Below are positions 10,189 through 20,555 of a stretch of DNA of 64,000 nucleotides, one piece after another. The translations under genes and the position numbers were made by a program. The DNA comes from Dethiobacter sp. (GTDB lineage: Bacteria; Bacillota; Dethiobacteria; DTU022; UBA8154), in NCBI GenBank assembly GCA_003605065.1, contig QZJM01000063.1:12485-76484 (forward strand), written 5' to 3'. Within the stretch, counting starts at the first letter, position 1. Every line of letters starts with the position of its first letter. The notes under the pieces were generated by a model that ran no database searches, was not told where the DNA came from, and saw only the letters and a list, made by a program, of their open reading frames with translations.

Positions 10189-11412
10189 ATGTCCAAGGTG
10201 GTTCTGGCATATTCAGGTGGACTGGATACCTCCATTATCGTAAAATGGCTCAAGGAAGAGTATGGTTATGAAGTGATTGCCTTTGCAGCTGACGTGGGAC
10301 AGGGGCCCGGTGAGCTGGAGGGGCTGGAAGAAAAAGCCCTGGCCACAGGTGCCTCCAAAGTTTATATCCAGGATCTCAGGAAAGAGTTTGTGGAAGAATT
10401 TGCCTTTCCCATGCTTAAATCGGGGGCTTTCTATGAAAAGAAATACCTTCTTGGTACCGCTATTGCCAGGCCCCTTATTGCCCGCGCCATGGTTCAGGTT
10501 GCCCTGGAAGAAGGAGCCGGAGCTGTTGCTCACGGGGCTACAGGAAAAGGCAATGACCAGGTGCGCTTTGAGTTAACCGTAAAAGCCCTTGCCCCGCAGT
10601 TAAAAATTATCGCTCCCTGGAGGAGTTGGAAAATCCGCTCGCGCCGGGATGCCATAGAGTACGCCCGGAAATACAACATCCCCGTCCCTGTTACCGTGGA
10701 AAAACCTTATAGCATGGACCGCAACCTCTGGCATATAAGCTACGAGGGGGGTATTCTGGAAGACCCCGCCCGGGAACCCCTTGAGGATATGTTTTTGTTG
10801 ACCCGTTCGCCCGAGCAGGCACCAGACAAGCCTGCCACAGTGGAAATTTCCTTTGAAAAAGGAATACCCGTAGCTTTAAACGGCACACCCACGGACAGCG
10901 TGACCCTCCTTGAATCTCTCAACCAGATCGCCGGCGAGAATGCCATTGGGAGGGTCGACATAGTGGAAAACCGCCTGGTGGGAATGAAATCCAGGGGCGT
11001 TTATGAAACTCCGGGGGGAACGTTGCTTTACTTTGCCCACAGTGAACTGGAACAGCTGACACTGGACAGGGAGACGATGCGCTACAAAGAAGCGGTGGCC
11101 ATAAAATACGGGGAGATTATTTACTACGGCCTCTGGTATTCCCCCCTGCGCAGGGCGCTCGACGCTTTTATCCAGAGCACCCAGGAAAATGTAACAGGAG
11201 AGATAAAGTTAAAACTGTACCGGGGAAACATAAGCGTCGTAAGCCGGCGTTCACCCTGTTCCCTTTACCATCCCGATCTGGCCACCTTTGAAGAAGATGA
11301 ACTCTACAACCAGGCAGATGCCGGTGGATTTATCAACCTTTTCGGCCTCCCCCTGCAGGTAGAGGGACTGTTGAGGGGAACATGGAAAAATGAGGTGGAA
11401 AGAAAAAAGTGA
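10189..11412 (+). CDS. argG: argininosuccinate synthase
   Basis: [11 protein letters not shown]-loop. ATG at 10189 ([11 protein letters not shown]). Confidence 0.9.
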   Translation: MSKVVLAYSGGLDTSIIVKWLKEEYGYEVIAFAADVGQGPGELEGLEEKALATGASKVYIQDLRKEFVEEFAFPMLKSGAFYEKKYLLGTAIARPLIARAMVQVALEEGAGAVAHGATGKGNDQVRFELTVKALAPQLKIIAPWRSWKIRSRRDAIEYARKYNIPVPVTVEKPYSMDRNLWHISYEGGILEDPAREPLEDMFLLTRSPEQAPDKPATVEISFEKGIPVALNGTPTDSVTLLESLNQIAGENAIGRVDIVENRLVGMKSRGVYETPGGTLLYFAHSELEQLTLDRETMRYKEAVAIKYGEIIYYGLWYSPLRRALDAFIQSTQENVTGEIKLKLYRGNISVVSRRSPCSLYHPDLATFEEDELYNQADAGGFINLFGLPLQVEGLLRGTWKNEVERKK

Positions 11413-12824
11413 ACGGTAAAGAGAAAAACAATAACCAGGATAAGCCCTGGGGCGGAAGATTCAAAGAAAGCCTGGATAAAAGGGTAGAAGCTTTTACCGC
11501 TTCCCTGCCTTTTGACCGCCGACTGGCAGCGGAGGACATCCTGGGGAGCATGGCCCATGGCCGGATGCTGGTGAAAGCCGGTATTATCGCACCCCCGGAG
11601 GGCGAGATGATTCTTAAAGGGCTGCAGGAAATCCGTGAGGAAATTTCCCGGGGAGAGTTTCCTTATGATATTTCCCTGGAAGATATTCATATGAATATCG
11701 AGAAAAGGCTGATAGATAAAATCGGTCCTGTTGGAGGAAAACTGCACACGGCCCGCAGCCGCAATGACCAGGTGGCTCTGGATATGCACCTCTACGTGAA
11801 AAAAGAGCTCCGGGAGGTGGAAAAACTGATCTCTGCGCTCCAGGAGGTTATCCTGGAGCTGGCGCAGGAGAACCTGGAGGTAATTATTCCCGGTTATACC
11901 CACCTGCAAAGAGCCCAGCCCGTTCTGCTTTCTCACCATCTCATGGCCTATTTCTGGATGCTGCAGAGAGACAGGGAACGTTTTCTTGATGCTCATAAAA
12001 GAGCGGATCTTATGCCCCTGGGAGCCGGCGCTCTCAGCGGAACAAGTTTTCCCATCGACAGGGAAGAGGTAGCCCGTGAGCTTGGTTTCGGTGCCTTGTA
12101 TGAAAACAGCATGGATGCTGTAAGTGACCGTGACTTTGTTCTGGAATTTTTAAGCTGTTCCTGCCTTCTTTTAATGCACCTGAGCCGGTTAAGTGAAGAA
12201 CTGGTATTGTGGTCATCCCAGGAATTTTCCTTCCTGGAACTCGGTGACGCCTTTACGACAGGCAGCAGCATGATGCCCCAGAAAAAAAATCCCGATGTGC
12301 CGGAGCTTGTCCGTGCCAAGACAGGACGTGTTTACGGGAACCTGATGGCACTTTTAACGGTATTCAAGGGGCTTCCCCTGACCTACAACAAAGATATGCA
12401 GGAAGACAAGGAATCCTTATTTGATTCTGTGGATACGGTAAAAGATGTCCTGACTATTTATGGGCAGCTTTTAAAAAGTATCAAGGTGTCCAGGGAAAAG
12501 ATTGCGACGGCTTTGCAGGACGACTTCTCCACGGCTACGGAACTGGCCGATTTTCTGGCTCTCAAAGGGGTGCCCTTTCGGGAAGCCCACCATATTGTAG
12601 GGCGGCTGGTCCGGCACTGTCTCCAGGAAGGGAAGCTGTTAAAAGATTTATCCTCCGGGGAGCTTACAGCCTTTCACGCTCTGCTGGGTTCTGACGACGC
12701 CCTGTCCAGGCTTAGCCCCGGTGAAGCCGTGAAGGCCAAAACATGCCGCGGGGGAACAGCGCCGGAAGCTGTAAGGAAGCAGCTCCAGGCAGCGAGGGAA
12801 GCATTAAATACATCTTTTATATAA
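11409..12824 (+). CDS. argH: argininosuccinate lyase
   Basis: WGGRF N-terminus and fumarate-lyase signature region. 4-nt overlap with argG. Confidence 0.9.
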   Translation: MNGKEKNNNQDKPWGGRFKESLDKRVEAFTASLPFDRRLAAEDILGSMAHGRMLVKAGIIAPPEGEMILKGLQEIREEISRGEFPYDISLEDIHMNIEKRLIDKIGPVGGKLHTARSRNDQVALDMHLYVKKELREVEKLISALQEVILELAQENLEVIIPGYTHLQRAQPVLLSHHLMAYFWMLQRDRERFLDAHKRADLMPLGAGALSGTSFPIDREEVARELGFGALYENSMDAVSDRDFVLEFLSCSCLLLMHLSRLSEELVLWSSQEFSFLELGDAFTTGSSMMPQKKNPDVPELVRAKTGRVYGNLMALLTVFKGLPLTYNKDMQEDKESLFDSVDTVKDVLTIYGQLLKSIKVSREKIATALQDDFSTATELADFLALKGVPFREAHHIVGRLVRHCLQEGKLLKDLSSGELTAFHALLGSDDALSRLSPGEAVKAKTCRGGTAPEAVRKQLQAAREALNTSFI

Positions 12825-12845
12825 GGATAGCGTTACGAAGCTTTT

Positions 12846-14468
12846 TTAATTACACTTTAAAGAACGCACAGTTTCATGATGGTTATAGCTCGGAAAAAGA
12901 AGGGGAGAAATGCTTTCTGTTTCTAGCCCGTTTTGCTCCAGTTGACGACGAAACTGGCAAACATGCTCAAGGGTAAGCTTTTTCAACTTTATCTCTTTTG
13001 ATTTCTGGGCGGCATGAAACCCTGCACGTCGACCAAAAACAAGAATGTCAAGCAGCGAATTTCCCATAAGCCTGTTACGACCATGAATTCCTCCGGTATT
13101 TTCTCCGGCGGCATAGAGGTTTTCTATACTTGTACGGCTGTACTTGTCAATTAAGAGACCCCCGTTCTGGTAATGAAGGGTCGGGTAAACCAATATAGGC
13201 TCTTTACGAATATTAATACCAAACCTGGCGAACTGTCTTAACATGGCTGGGAGCTGTCTTTCGATGGTCCCCTCACCATGGAGCAGTTCGATCAGCGGTG
13301 AATCAAGCCAGACACCTGTCGTACCGTCAGGAGTGCTTATACCCTTCTTTTTGTAACTGCATTCCTTAATAATAGCAGCAGATTCCACATCACGGATTTC
13401 CAGATGATAAACAAACTGATCGCCATCAATGTTCAGAGGTGTGGCGCCAAGACCGCGTACTTTTTCCGTCACCAGCAAGCCCATGATCTGGGAAGGAAAA
13501 ACAACGCCAGTGGGGTGGTACTGAATGGTATCCATAAAGGCTAACCTGGCTCCCGCACGATAGCCCATGACCAGCCCATCACCAGTGGCACCATAGTGGT
13601 TGGTAGTGGGGAAACCCTGGAAATGAAGCCTCCCGGAGCCACCCGTAGCAAGGATTACCGTTTTGGCCCGTACAATCAGGTATTCCTCTGTCTCCAGGTT
13701 AAAAAGAACAGAACCGGCTGCTTTACCTTCTTCATCCAGCAAAAGTTCTACTGCAGGGCAAAATTCCAGCACGTTAATTCCCCTGTTAAGAGTTTCGTCT
13801 CTCAGGGTACGCATAATCTCTGTACCGGTATAGTCCCGGGCAGAATGCATCCGTTTTCGCGAGGTGCCGCCACCATGGATGGTGAGCATCGTGCCGTCGT
13901 CTGCTTTATCAAGCATGGCACCCAGATCTTCAAGCCATTTAATAATCATGGGAGCATCGTTAACCAGAGTATAAACAAGCTCTGGTATATTGGTAAAATG
14001 CCCTCCGCCCATGACGTCAAGGTAATGTAGGGCAGGGGAATCATTTTCTTTATCAGCTGCCTGGATGCCTCCTTGGGCCATTATAGTATTGGCATCGCCA
14101 AAACGCAGCTTGGTCACAAGCAAAACTTTTGCGCCTTCCTTTTGAGAGGCTAGAGCCGCCGCTGCGCCTGCCCCCCCACCGCCGATAATGAGGACATCCA
14201 TATCATAAGCGATTTTTTCCAGGTCAATTTCAATATGCTCAATCCTGCTGTGTGCTTCCAGAAGTTCAGCCAGCTCACAGGGAACCCTGTCGCCCTTGTT
14301 CCCCCCCGCCTTTAGCGTCTGGAAGCCATTTTCAAGATAATCGGGATGAAATTTTTTAACTACTTCCCTGCACTCATGGGGAGCCATGCGTGGAAAATCC
14401 TGGTACAGGCGCCTGGGGCGTGTTTTTTCAACTTTTTTGACGAGCTCTTTTAAATACGATATATACAT
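12846..14468 (-). CDS. FAD-binding flavoprotein of the succinate dehydrogenase / fumarate reductase flavoprotein family (soluble type, N-terminal ~80-aa extension)
   Basis: IIGGGGAGAAAA dinucleotide-binding motif. 540 aa. Cotranscribed downstream of the iron-sulfur subunit. Confidence 0.7.
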   Translation of the reverse strand: MYISYLKELVKKVEKTRPRRLYQDFPRMAPHECREVVKKFHPDYLENGFQTLKAGGNKGDRVPCELAELLEAHSRIEHIEIDLEKIAYDMDVLIIGGGGAGAAAALASQKEGAKVLLVTKLRFGDANTIMAQGGIQAADKENDSPALHYLDVMGGGHFTNIPELVYTLVNDAPMIIKWLEDLGAMLDKADDGTMLTIHGGGTSRKRMHSARDYTGTEIMRTLRDETLNRGINVLEFCPAVELLLDEEGKAAGSVLFNLETEEYLIVRAKTVILATGGSGRLHFQGFPTTNHYGATGDGLVMGYRAGARLAFMDTIQYHPTGVVFPSQIMGLLVTEKVRGLGATPLNIDGDQFVYHLEIRDVESAAIIKECSYKKKGISTPDGTTGVWLDSPLIELLHGEGTIERQLPAMLRQFARFGINIRKEPILVYPTLHYQNGGLLIDKYSRTSIENLYAAGENTGGIHGRNRLMGNSLLDILVFGRRAGFHAAQKSKEIKLKKLTLEHVCQFRRQLEQNGLETESISPLLFPSYNHHETVRSLKCN

Positions 14469-14530
14469 AAATTCACCTGCTTTCCAAAAGCCAGGTTCCT
14501 CCTTTTGTTAAGAATAAATTCCTTCCGGCG

Positions 14531-15211
14531 CTATTCTTCTATATCACGGCTATTATAAATAATCCTTAGTTCATCAGAACTTAACTTCATTAATTGCCGC
14601 AATTCCGCCTCATACTTTCCCTCTTTTATCTCCATAACCCTTCGCTTAAGGTGTGAAGCCTGGGGCAAAAGGTGCTTGCTATAAAGGCGGCGGGCTAAAA
14701 TAGTAACGTGATACTGCACAATATGTACCGGGCACCGGGAGGCACAGAGGCCACACATGATGCAGTCAAAAGATTCTGTAGCACACTGTGCAATTTCTCC
14801 CCTCTGGGCATGGGCGATGTAGTGCATGACATTTATGTTCTGCGGGCATACCTTTGTGCAGGAGCCGCACCCTATGCAGCGGTAAATTTCCGGGTAGTAA
14901 AGGGCAATTGAAGAGGCAGTGGGGGTTAAGGTGTTAATGTCATAGGTGCCTTTTAAGGGGGGGGAATATGGAATCTGTGCCAGGAACATGTTAGCCTCAA
15001 CTTTGGTCTGGCAGGCAAGACCAACTTTCAGCTCATAGTTACCGGCGGTGCGGTAAACAATAGCACAAGCACCACAGAATCCTGCCCGGCACCCGCAACC
15101 ACGCTTTAATTGGAATCCGGCATATTCCATGGCATTCATTACTGTTAATGATGCGGGCACTTTATACTTTTTACCCATAATATATATATCAACCAACGGC
15201 ACCTTAGTCAT
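14531..15211 (-). CDS. iron-sulfur subunit (2Fe-2S plus two 4Fe-4S) of an SdhB/FrdB-like oxidoreductase
   Basis: CGCRAGFCGACA, CIGCGSCTKVCP and CIMCGLCASRCP cysteine clusters. Confidence 0.7.
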   Translation of the reverse strand: MTKVPLVDIYIMGKKYKVPASLTVMNAMEYAGFQLKRGCGCRAGFCGACAIVYRTAGNYELKVGLACQTKVEANMFLAQIPYSPPLKGTYDINTLTPTASSIALYYPEIYRCIGCGSCTKVCPQNINVMHYIAHAQRGEIAQCATESFDCIMCGLCASRCPVHIVQYHVTILARRLYSKHLLPQASHLKRRVMEIKEGKYEAELRQLMKLSSDELRIIYNSRDIEE

Positions 15212-15351
15212 TTCTCAACTCCAACATATTTTTAAAGTTGTGTTTAAATATTCTTGAATCATTTTCATTAATGAATCCTGCCAGGGTGTTCTATATTTCT
15301 GGTATTTGGGATTCACAACTGATACAAGACTCAAGCCTCATTAAATATTTA

Positions 15352-15367
15352 TGCAATATTTGTACCA
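15352..15367 (-). promoter_or_regulatory. candidate sigma-54 promoter (TGGTAC-N5-TTGCA on minus strand) for the FeS/flavoprotein operon
   Basis: The plus strand reads TGCAATATTTGTACCA. GG/GC spacing is canonical, with one mismatch in the -24 hexamer. It lies 140 nt upstream of the start at 15211. Confidence 0.35.
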
Positions 15368-15618
15368 TTTGTAATTGAGGCCTTACTGAAAAATTGTTTA
15401 AAAAAACAAAAAACAGTCTTATTAAAAAAATACAATGACATAAAATCTATTTACTTTTAGCAGTTTAGGGGGTTGTATTATCCATTTCTTTTAGATAGAC
15501 TAGAAAGGGTTTTATATAAATTCTTTGTGGCAATTACTTCCAATTTTAAACATAAATTATGACAATACTTTTGGAGTAGATTTAGGAGGTGAAACCTGGT
15601 TCTCCAACCGGGCGTTAA

Positions 15619-16464
15619 ATGTTTAAAAAGGTATTGCTGGCCATGGACTCCTCTTCTGCGGCGCAGGAATTGTTCAACTGCATACCTGACCTCAGGCTGA
15701 TGGGAATGGCAGAACTGGTCATTGTTCATGCCATTAGCGTAGAGCAGCTGCAGGGCAGAAGGCTGGATGCGTACCGGGATGCTTTTACCAGGAGGATGGA
15801 GGATAAGATAAAAGCTTTAGAGCAAATAGGAATTGCTGTAAAACTCTTATTACCATTTGGCAACCCCGCAGAAGAGATCGCCCTGACGGCGGAAGAAGAA
15901 GATGTAGATCTTATTTTTATCGGTTCCATCGGTGAAAATATTATTCGGGAGTTTCTGCTGGGAAGCACCGTAACCGAAGTAATACGCCGTTCCAGCAGGC
16001 CGATTTTAATTGAAAAGTATATTACCCTGGGAGAAAGAACACGTCTTATTCCTATCTTCCTGCAGAAATGGTCCACCGTACTGCTTCCCACTGATTTTTC
16101 CAGAGAAGCAGAAAGCGTCTATAGCAAGTTTTCGGCGGTTGCTGATAAAATTCACCGCATTATTTTTTTGCACGTTATCGATAAAGCGCAGGGGGGAAAG
16201 GAACTGTCCAGGCAAGAGGAAAAAGCCTTACATGGTCTGCAGGATTGGCAGGAGAAATTTCGCCGGAATGGAGGCAATGTAGATATAAAAGTATCGGCGG
16301 GTATTCCTTCGCAGCGAATAAACGAAATTGCTGAAACCGAAGGTGTTACCCTCATTGCTATGCCCACCAGGGGAGTGGGACTGGTGAAACTTTTTATGGG
16401 AAGAACGGCTGATGCTGTGGTGAGACGTTCCAGTGCACCTGTTTTACTTTTCAAGATCGACTAA
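15619..16464 (+). CDS. universal stress protein, tandem UspA domains
   Basis: Two UspA-like halves (LVIVHAIS.. and IIFLHVID..), 281 aa. Confidence 0.75.
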   Translation: MFKKVLLAMDSSSAAQELFNCIPDLRLMGMAELVIVHAISVEQLQGRRLDAYRDAFTRRMEDKIKALEQIGIAVKLLLPFGNPAEEIALTAEEEDVDLIFIGSIGENIIREFLLGSTVTEVIRRSSRPILIEKYITLGERTRLIPIFLQKWSTVLLPTDFSREAESVYSKFSAVADKIHRIIFLHVIDKAQGGKELSRQEEKALHGLQDWQEKFRRNGGNVDIKVSAGIPSQRINEIAETEGVTLIAMPTRGVGLVKLFMGRTADAVVRRSSAPVLLFKID

Positions 16465-16510
16465 AAAATAAAGTACAGCCCAGCGTTTATAAAACAGTAT
16501 ATCAAAAATT

Positions 16511-16538
16511 AAAAAGGCCCAGGAAAACGGGCTTTTTT
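16511..16538. terminator. bidirectional intrinsic terminator
   Basis: GGCCC-AGGAAAAC-GGGC followed by TTTTTT, between convergent genes. Confidence 0.6.
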
Positions 16539-16540
16539 AA

Positions 16541-18481
16541 TTATTCTTTTTCTAATCCTGCTTCACTTAGTTTGCGCCATAATGTTGTTCGCCCGATACC
16601 AAGCTTTTCTGCTAATTTGGTTTTATTTCCTTTTAAACGAAAATACTCTTCTCTAATTAATTGATTCTCAATTTGTTCCATAATTCTTTTTAAATCTCCG
16701 TTTGGCTCAACTTTTAAATAATTATTTTCATTTGTTACTACAGATTCACTGGCAAAATCCAGCAGGATTTTTTTAATGTAACGACCTACGGCTTTAGGGG
16801 TGGAATCCGGTTCTACCAATACCATAAGACGTTTTATAAGGCTTTCCAGTTCCCTTACGTTACCGGGCCAATCATAAGCAGTTAATAACTCATTATATTC
16901 CGTTAGAGACTTTTTCAGCAGGGAAAAAAGATTCTCATCTGTTATTTCTGTCAACAGGTTAAAAGCAAGAGGCAGTATATCTTCTTTCCTCTGGCGTAAA
17001 GGCGGGATAGATAATTTCAGGATATTAAGGCGGTAGTATAGATCACGGCGGAATGTACCCTGCTCTACAGCTTTTAATAAATTGCGGTTAGTAGCAGAAA
17101 TTACCCGAACGTCTATCGGTATTAACCTGTTATCACCTATGCGCATGATTTCTTTTTGCTGTAACACCCTGAGCAGCTTGGACTGAACTTCCGGGGAGAT
17201 CTCACCGATCTCATCCAGAAAAATGGTGCCGCGGTGAGCTAATTCAAACAACCCCTTTTTGCCTCCCTTTTTGGCTCCGGTAAATGCTCCTTCGGCATAA
17301 CCAAATAATTCGCTTTCCAGGAGCGTGGAAGGCAGTGCGGCACAATTTACAGCGACAAAAGGTTGGGATGCCCGAATACTGGCATTATGAATGCTTTGGG
17401 CAAAAAGCTCCTTTCCGGTACCTGTTTCACCGGTAATTAGAACAGTTTCATCAGTATAAGCATATTTTTTGGCCTGGTGCACCGTATCAATGATTTCTTT
17501 GCTTTTGCCTATAATATCCTTAAATTGATAACTGGCCTGAAGTTTACTTTCATGATTGGCCCGGCGAATTTTCTCTTCCATATATTGGATGCGGTTTACT
17601 TCGTGAAAAGCAAAAATAGAGCCTACTATTTGCCCATGATCATAGATAGGAATCTTATTTACGATCAGTTGTTTTTTTCTAAAATTGCATATTTTATCTG
17701 TTTCAATCTCGTTTTGATTAACTACAAAGGGTTGAGGTCTGTCCGTTGTGATTACTTCATGAATAGGCCTGCCGATAGCTGTTGCTGCTTTAAGTTCTAA
17801 AATATTTTCGGCTACGGGGTTAAATACAGTAATGATATTATGGGCATCGACGGCAATAATTCCCTCGAAAGAGTAATCAACAATGGCCTTTAACTTGAAA
17901 GCTTCACGCCGTTCCTTCCGTCTTGCCCAGGCTACCTCTTTAGCGTGGGAATAAGCTCTCATGATGGCATCTTTGCTGATAGAAACGGGGATGCAGGGGC
18001 ATCCCTGGGAGCGGGCCAGTTGGGCAATAACACCCCCGCTGACGATTGCTTTTATATTTCGCTTTTTAACTTCTTTAAGTTTGGTCAGGCCGTCATGTTC
18101 GTTAAAATAAATAAATTGCTCCAGTTTAACATTTATTACTTCTTTTATTTCATGGAAACGCGGGTTGGGATTATGAAATTCAAACAAAGCCAAAGGTTCA
18201 CCAAATAATCTTTTGGCCTTATGCAGGGCGAATACAGTTTCAAAAATGCCTACGGGGATAGCGATTAGGGGAATATCAAATTTTTTTCGCAGGTGCCGGG
18301 TATTACCTTCAGTTGTTATGATTACTTCTACACCCTGCTCCTCAGCCCTGGCTACTGCCGGTTCAGCATTCTCGATAGCTCCTTCTTCCAGTAAAACCTT
18401 TTCAGGAAGATCGGGCAGCACCTCTTGAATAAGCTGGGTAAGTTCGGAGTATGGTGAAAGAAAGCAAACTTCATAATTCAT
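16541..18481 (-). CDS. sigma-54-dependent transcriptional activator (PrpR-type N-terminal domain, PAS, AAA+ sigma-54 activation domain, Fis HTH)
   Basis: GETGTGKE Walker A, GAFTGA loop (GYAEGAFTGA), ESELFGY motif, and a C-terminal HTH (TKLAEKLGIGRTTLWRK). Confidence 0.85.
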   Translation of the reverse strand: MNYEVCFLSPYSELTQLIQEVLPDLPEKVLLEEGAIENAEPAVARAEEQGVEVIITTEGNTRHLRKKFDIPLIAIPVGIFETVFALHKAKRLFGEPLALFEFHNPNPRFHEIKEVINVKLEQFIYFNEHDGLTKLKEVKKRNIKAIVSGGVIAQLARSQGCPCIPVSISKDAIMRAYSHAKEVAWARRKERREAFKLKAIVDYSFEGIIAVDAHNIITVFNPVAENILELKAATAIGRPIHEVITTDRPQPFVVNQNEIETDKICNFRKKQLIVNKIPIYDHGQIVGSIFAFHEVNRIQYMEEKIRRANHESKLQASYQFKDIIGKSKEIIDTVHQAKKYAYTDETVLITGETGTGKELFAQSIHNASIRASQPFVAVNCAALPSTLLESELFGYAEGAFTGAKKGGKKGLFELAHRGTIFLDEIGEISPEVQSKLLRVLQQKEIMRIGDNRLIPIDVRVISATNRNLLKAVEQGTFRRDLYYRLNILKLSIPPLRQRKEDILPLAFNLLTEITDENLFSLLKKSLTEYNELLTAYDWPGNVRELESLIKRLMVLVEPDSTPKAVGRYIKKILLDFASESVVTNENNYLKVEPNGDLKRIMEQIENQLIREEYFRLKGNKTKLAEKLGIGRTTLWRKLSEAGLEKE

Positions 18482-18752
18482 CCTTAATCCCCACTTTCTT
18501 TAGTTATAATTATAATAAACTATTTAGCAAATTCAATCAATGGTATTTTGTTTACTTTTTGAAACAAATTTATACTGTAAAAAGCAAAATACTTTTAAAT
18601 CTAATACAAAGGAAAAAAGAAAACGTTCCATTGATGAAATTCTATGTTTCGCCAAAGAAACATAGAAGTATTTTTTTGGGAAAAATTTTTAGGAAAGCCT
18701 TAAAGAAAGTTTAAAAAAGCATTAAAATAGTTATTTTTTTTAGATATTTTTT

Positions 18753-18768
18753 TGGCACATCTTTTGCA
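18753..18768 (+). promoter_or_regulatory. sigma-54 (-24/-12) promoter TGGCAC-N5-TTGCA
   Basis: TGGCACATCTTTTGCA exactly matches the consensus. It sits 165 nt upstream of the UbiD-family gene and is divergent from the sigma-54 activator gene. Confidence 0.75.
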
Positions 18769-18932
18769 TGTTATAATTATAAATTTCAATATTAAATATT
18801 TATTCAATAAATTTTTTAAGTTTAACTTTAAGAGGAGTGATATCCATAAAAAATTTAACCAGTTTTTACTAAATAGTTAGTTTTATTAAAATTAAGCGGC
18901 TCAAAGAAATTTTTTACAGGAGGTTTTAGTTC

Positions 18933-20474
18933 ATGACGAAAGATATAACAAGTTTAAGAACAACAATTGATTTTCTCAAGGAAGAAGAAGGTGAGTTACT
19001 GGTAACCGATGTAGAGATTAATCCAGAACTGGAGATGGCTGCAATTCAGAAAGCCCTGGATAACGGTCCTGCTCTTTTGTTTGAAAACGTTAAGGGCTAT
19101 CCCGGAAAAAGGTTATTTACCAATCTTATGGCCTCGGAAAAACGTATTGCCAAAATCTTCGATGTAGATGAGCCCAAGAATTTTAAACACAAGATCAGAA
19201 ATGCCCTGCACAACCCTATCCCCCCCAGGTTAGTGGAAAAGGCCCCCTGCCAGGAAGTAGTTATTACCAAGGATATTGATGTCTGGCCTGTTGTTCCCAT
19301 GATCTCTCATACCCCCCAGGATCCGGGGCGTACCTTGGGAGGCGGCAATACTCTTATCTGTGGCAAATATTTCTTTGGGGGGCGTCATATCAGCTACAAC
19401 CGCATGAGCTTCGTATGTGGCGGGCCGGATTATTCCAGCTTCCAGATAGCCCCGGGTTCACATACGGATATGGCCGTATCGCAGTTTTATAAAAAAGAAC
19501 ATGTTCCCATGACCATTAACATGGGAGTGCCCCCGGCCTGTACGATCATGGCCGGCGCCGGTTTCAACTATGTAATTCTTAATCCCGGTTGTGACGAAAT
19601 TGCCATTGCCGGGGGAATACAGGGCTCACCGGTCGATCTTGTGAAGGCTAAAACAGTTGATGCCTATTCCATCGCTAATGCCGAAATCGTCCTTGAAGGC
19701 TACGTGGATACAACGCAGAAAGTATGGGAACACCCCGAAGCCGAGAAAGAGAATAAACAGGGCGTTTATCCCTTCCATCCCGAGTGGTCCGGCTACATGG
19801 GCCGCGCTTACCGTACCTACAAATTCCAGGTGACAGCCATTACCCACCGTAAGGAGAACCCCATCTACTATCCGCTGATTGTCCATAGCTACGATGACCA
19901 TCATATTGACTGTAAAGTACGGGAGGCCTCCTTCCTGGAACTGGGAGAAAGAATTTCCCCAGGCTTTGTAAAAGACGTGTATGCTCCGCTGGGCATGACT
20001 GACTGGGGCGGTGCTATCTTCCAGGTTCGCAAGACTAAGAAACGGGATGAGGGCTTCCAGAAAAACCTGCTGTCTGCTGCTCTTTCTGTTTCTCAGGGCA
20101 TGCGTCTGGCCATAGCCGTGGATGAAGATGTAAATATTTACTGTGCCGAAGATGTGCTCTGGGCTCTTACTACAAGAGTCGATGCCGACAAAGATATCCT
20201 GATAGTCAATCCCGGCGGTATGGGTCAAACCTTCCAGCCTGCCGAGCGCAGTGCTGCTGCTCCCGGTGCCCAGTGGGTGCGTTCGGAATCCAAGTATGCC
20301 GGAGGTATTGGCTTGGATGCCACGGTACCATTTGAGTTTCAATGGGCTTATGAACGTGCCAGTTACCCGGTTGAACTGGTAGATCTCAAAAAATGGTTCA
20401 GCGAGAACCAAATCGACAAAGCTAAAAGCTCCATGTGTGAATATGCCCGCTGGCTTGCTGAGGTGGGAATCTAA
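18933..20474 (+). CDS. UbiD-family (prFMN-dependent) decarboxylase
   Basis: 513 aa with UbiD-family architecture over its full length. First gene after the sigma-54 promoter. Confidence 0.85.
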   Translation: MTKDITSLRTTIDFLKEEEGELLVTDVEINPELEMAAIQKALDNGPALLFENVKGYPGKRLFTNLMASEKRIAKIFDVDEPKNFKHKIRNALHNPIPPRLVEKAPCQEVVITKDIDVWPVVPMISHTPQDPGRTLGGGNTLICGKYFFGGRHISYNRMSFVCGGPDYSSFQIAPGSHTDMAVSQFYKKEHVPMTINMGVPPACTIMAGAGFNYVILNPGCDEIAIAGGIQGSPVDLVKAKTVDAYSIANAEIVLEGYVDTTQKVWEHPEAEKENKQGVYPFHPEWSGYMGRAYRTYKFQVTAITHRKENPIYYPLIVHSYDDHHIDCKVREASFLELGERISPGFVKDVYAPLGMTDWGGAIFQVRKTKKRDEGFQKNLLSAALSVSQGMRLAIAVDEDVNIYCAEDVLWALTTRVDADKDILIVNPGGMGQTFQPAERSAAAPGAQWVRSESKYAGGIGLDATVPFEFQWAYERASYPVELVDLKKWFSENQIDKAKSSMCEYARWLAEVGI

Positions 20475-20555
20475 CAACACAAAAGAAAGAGATGAGAGGG
20501 GTGTGCCCCTCCATCTCTCTCTTGCCTTCAAACAATATGGAAAGAGGGCTGCACT

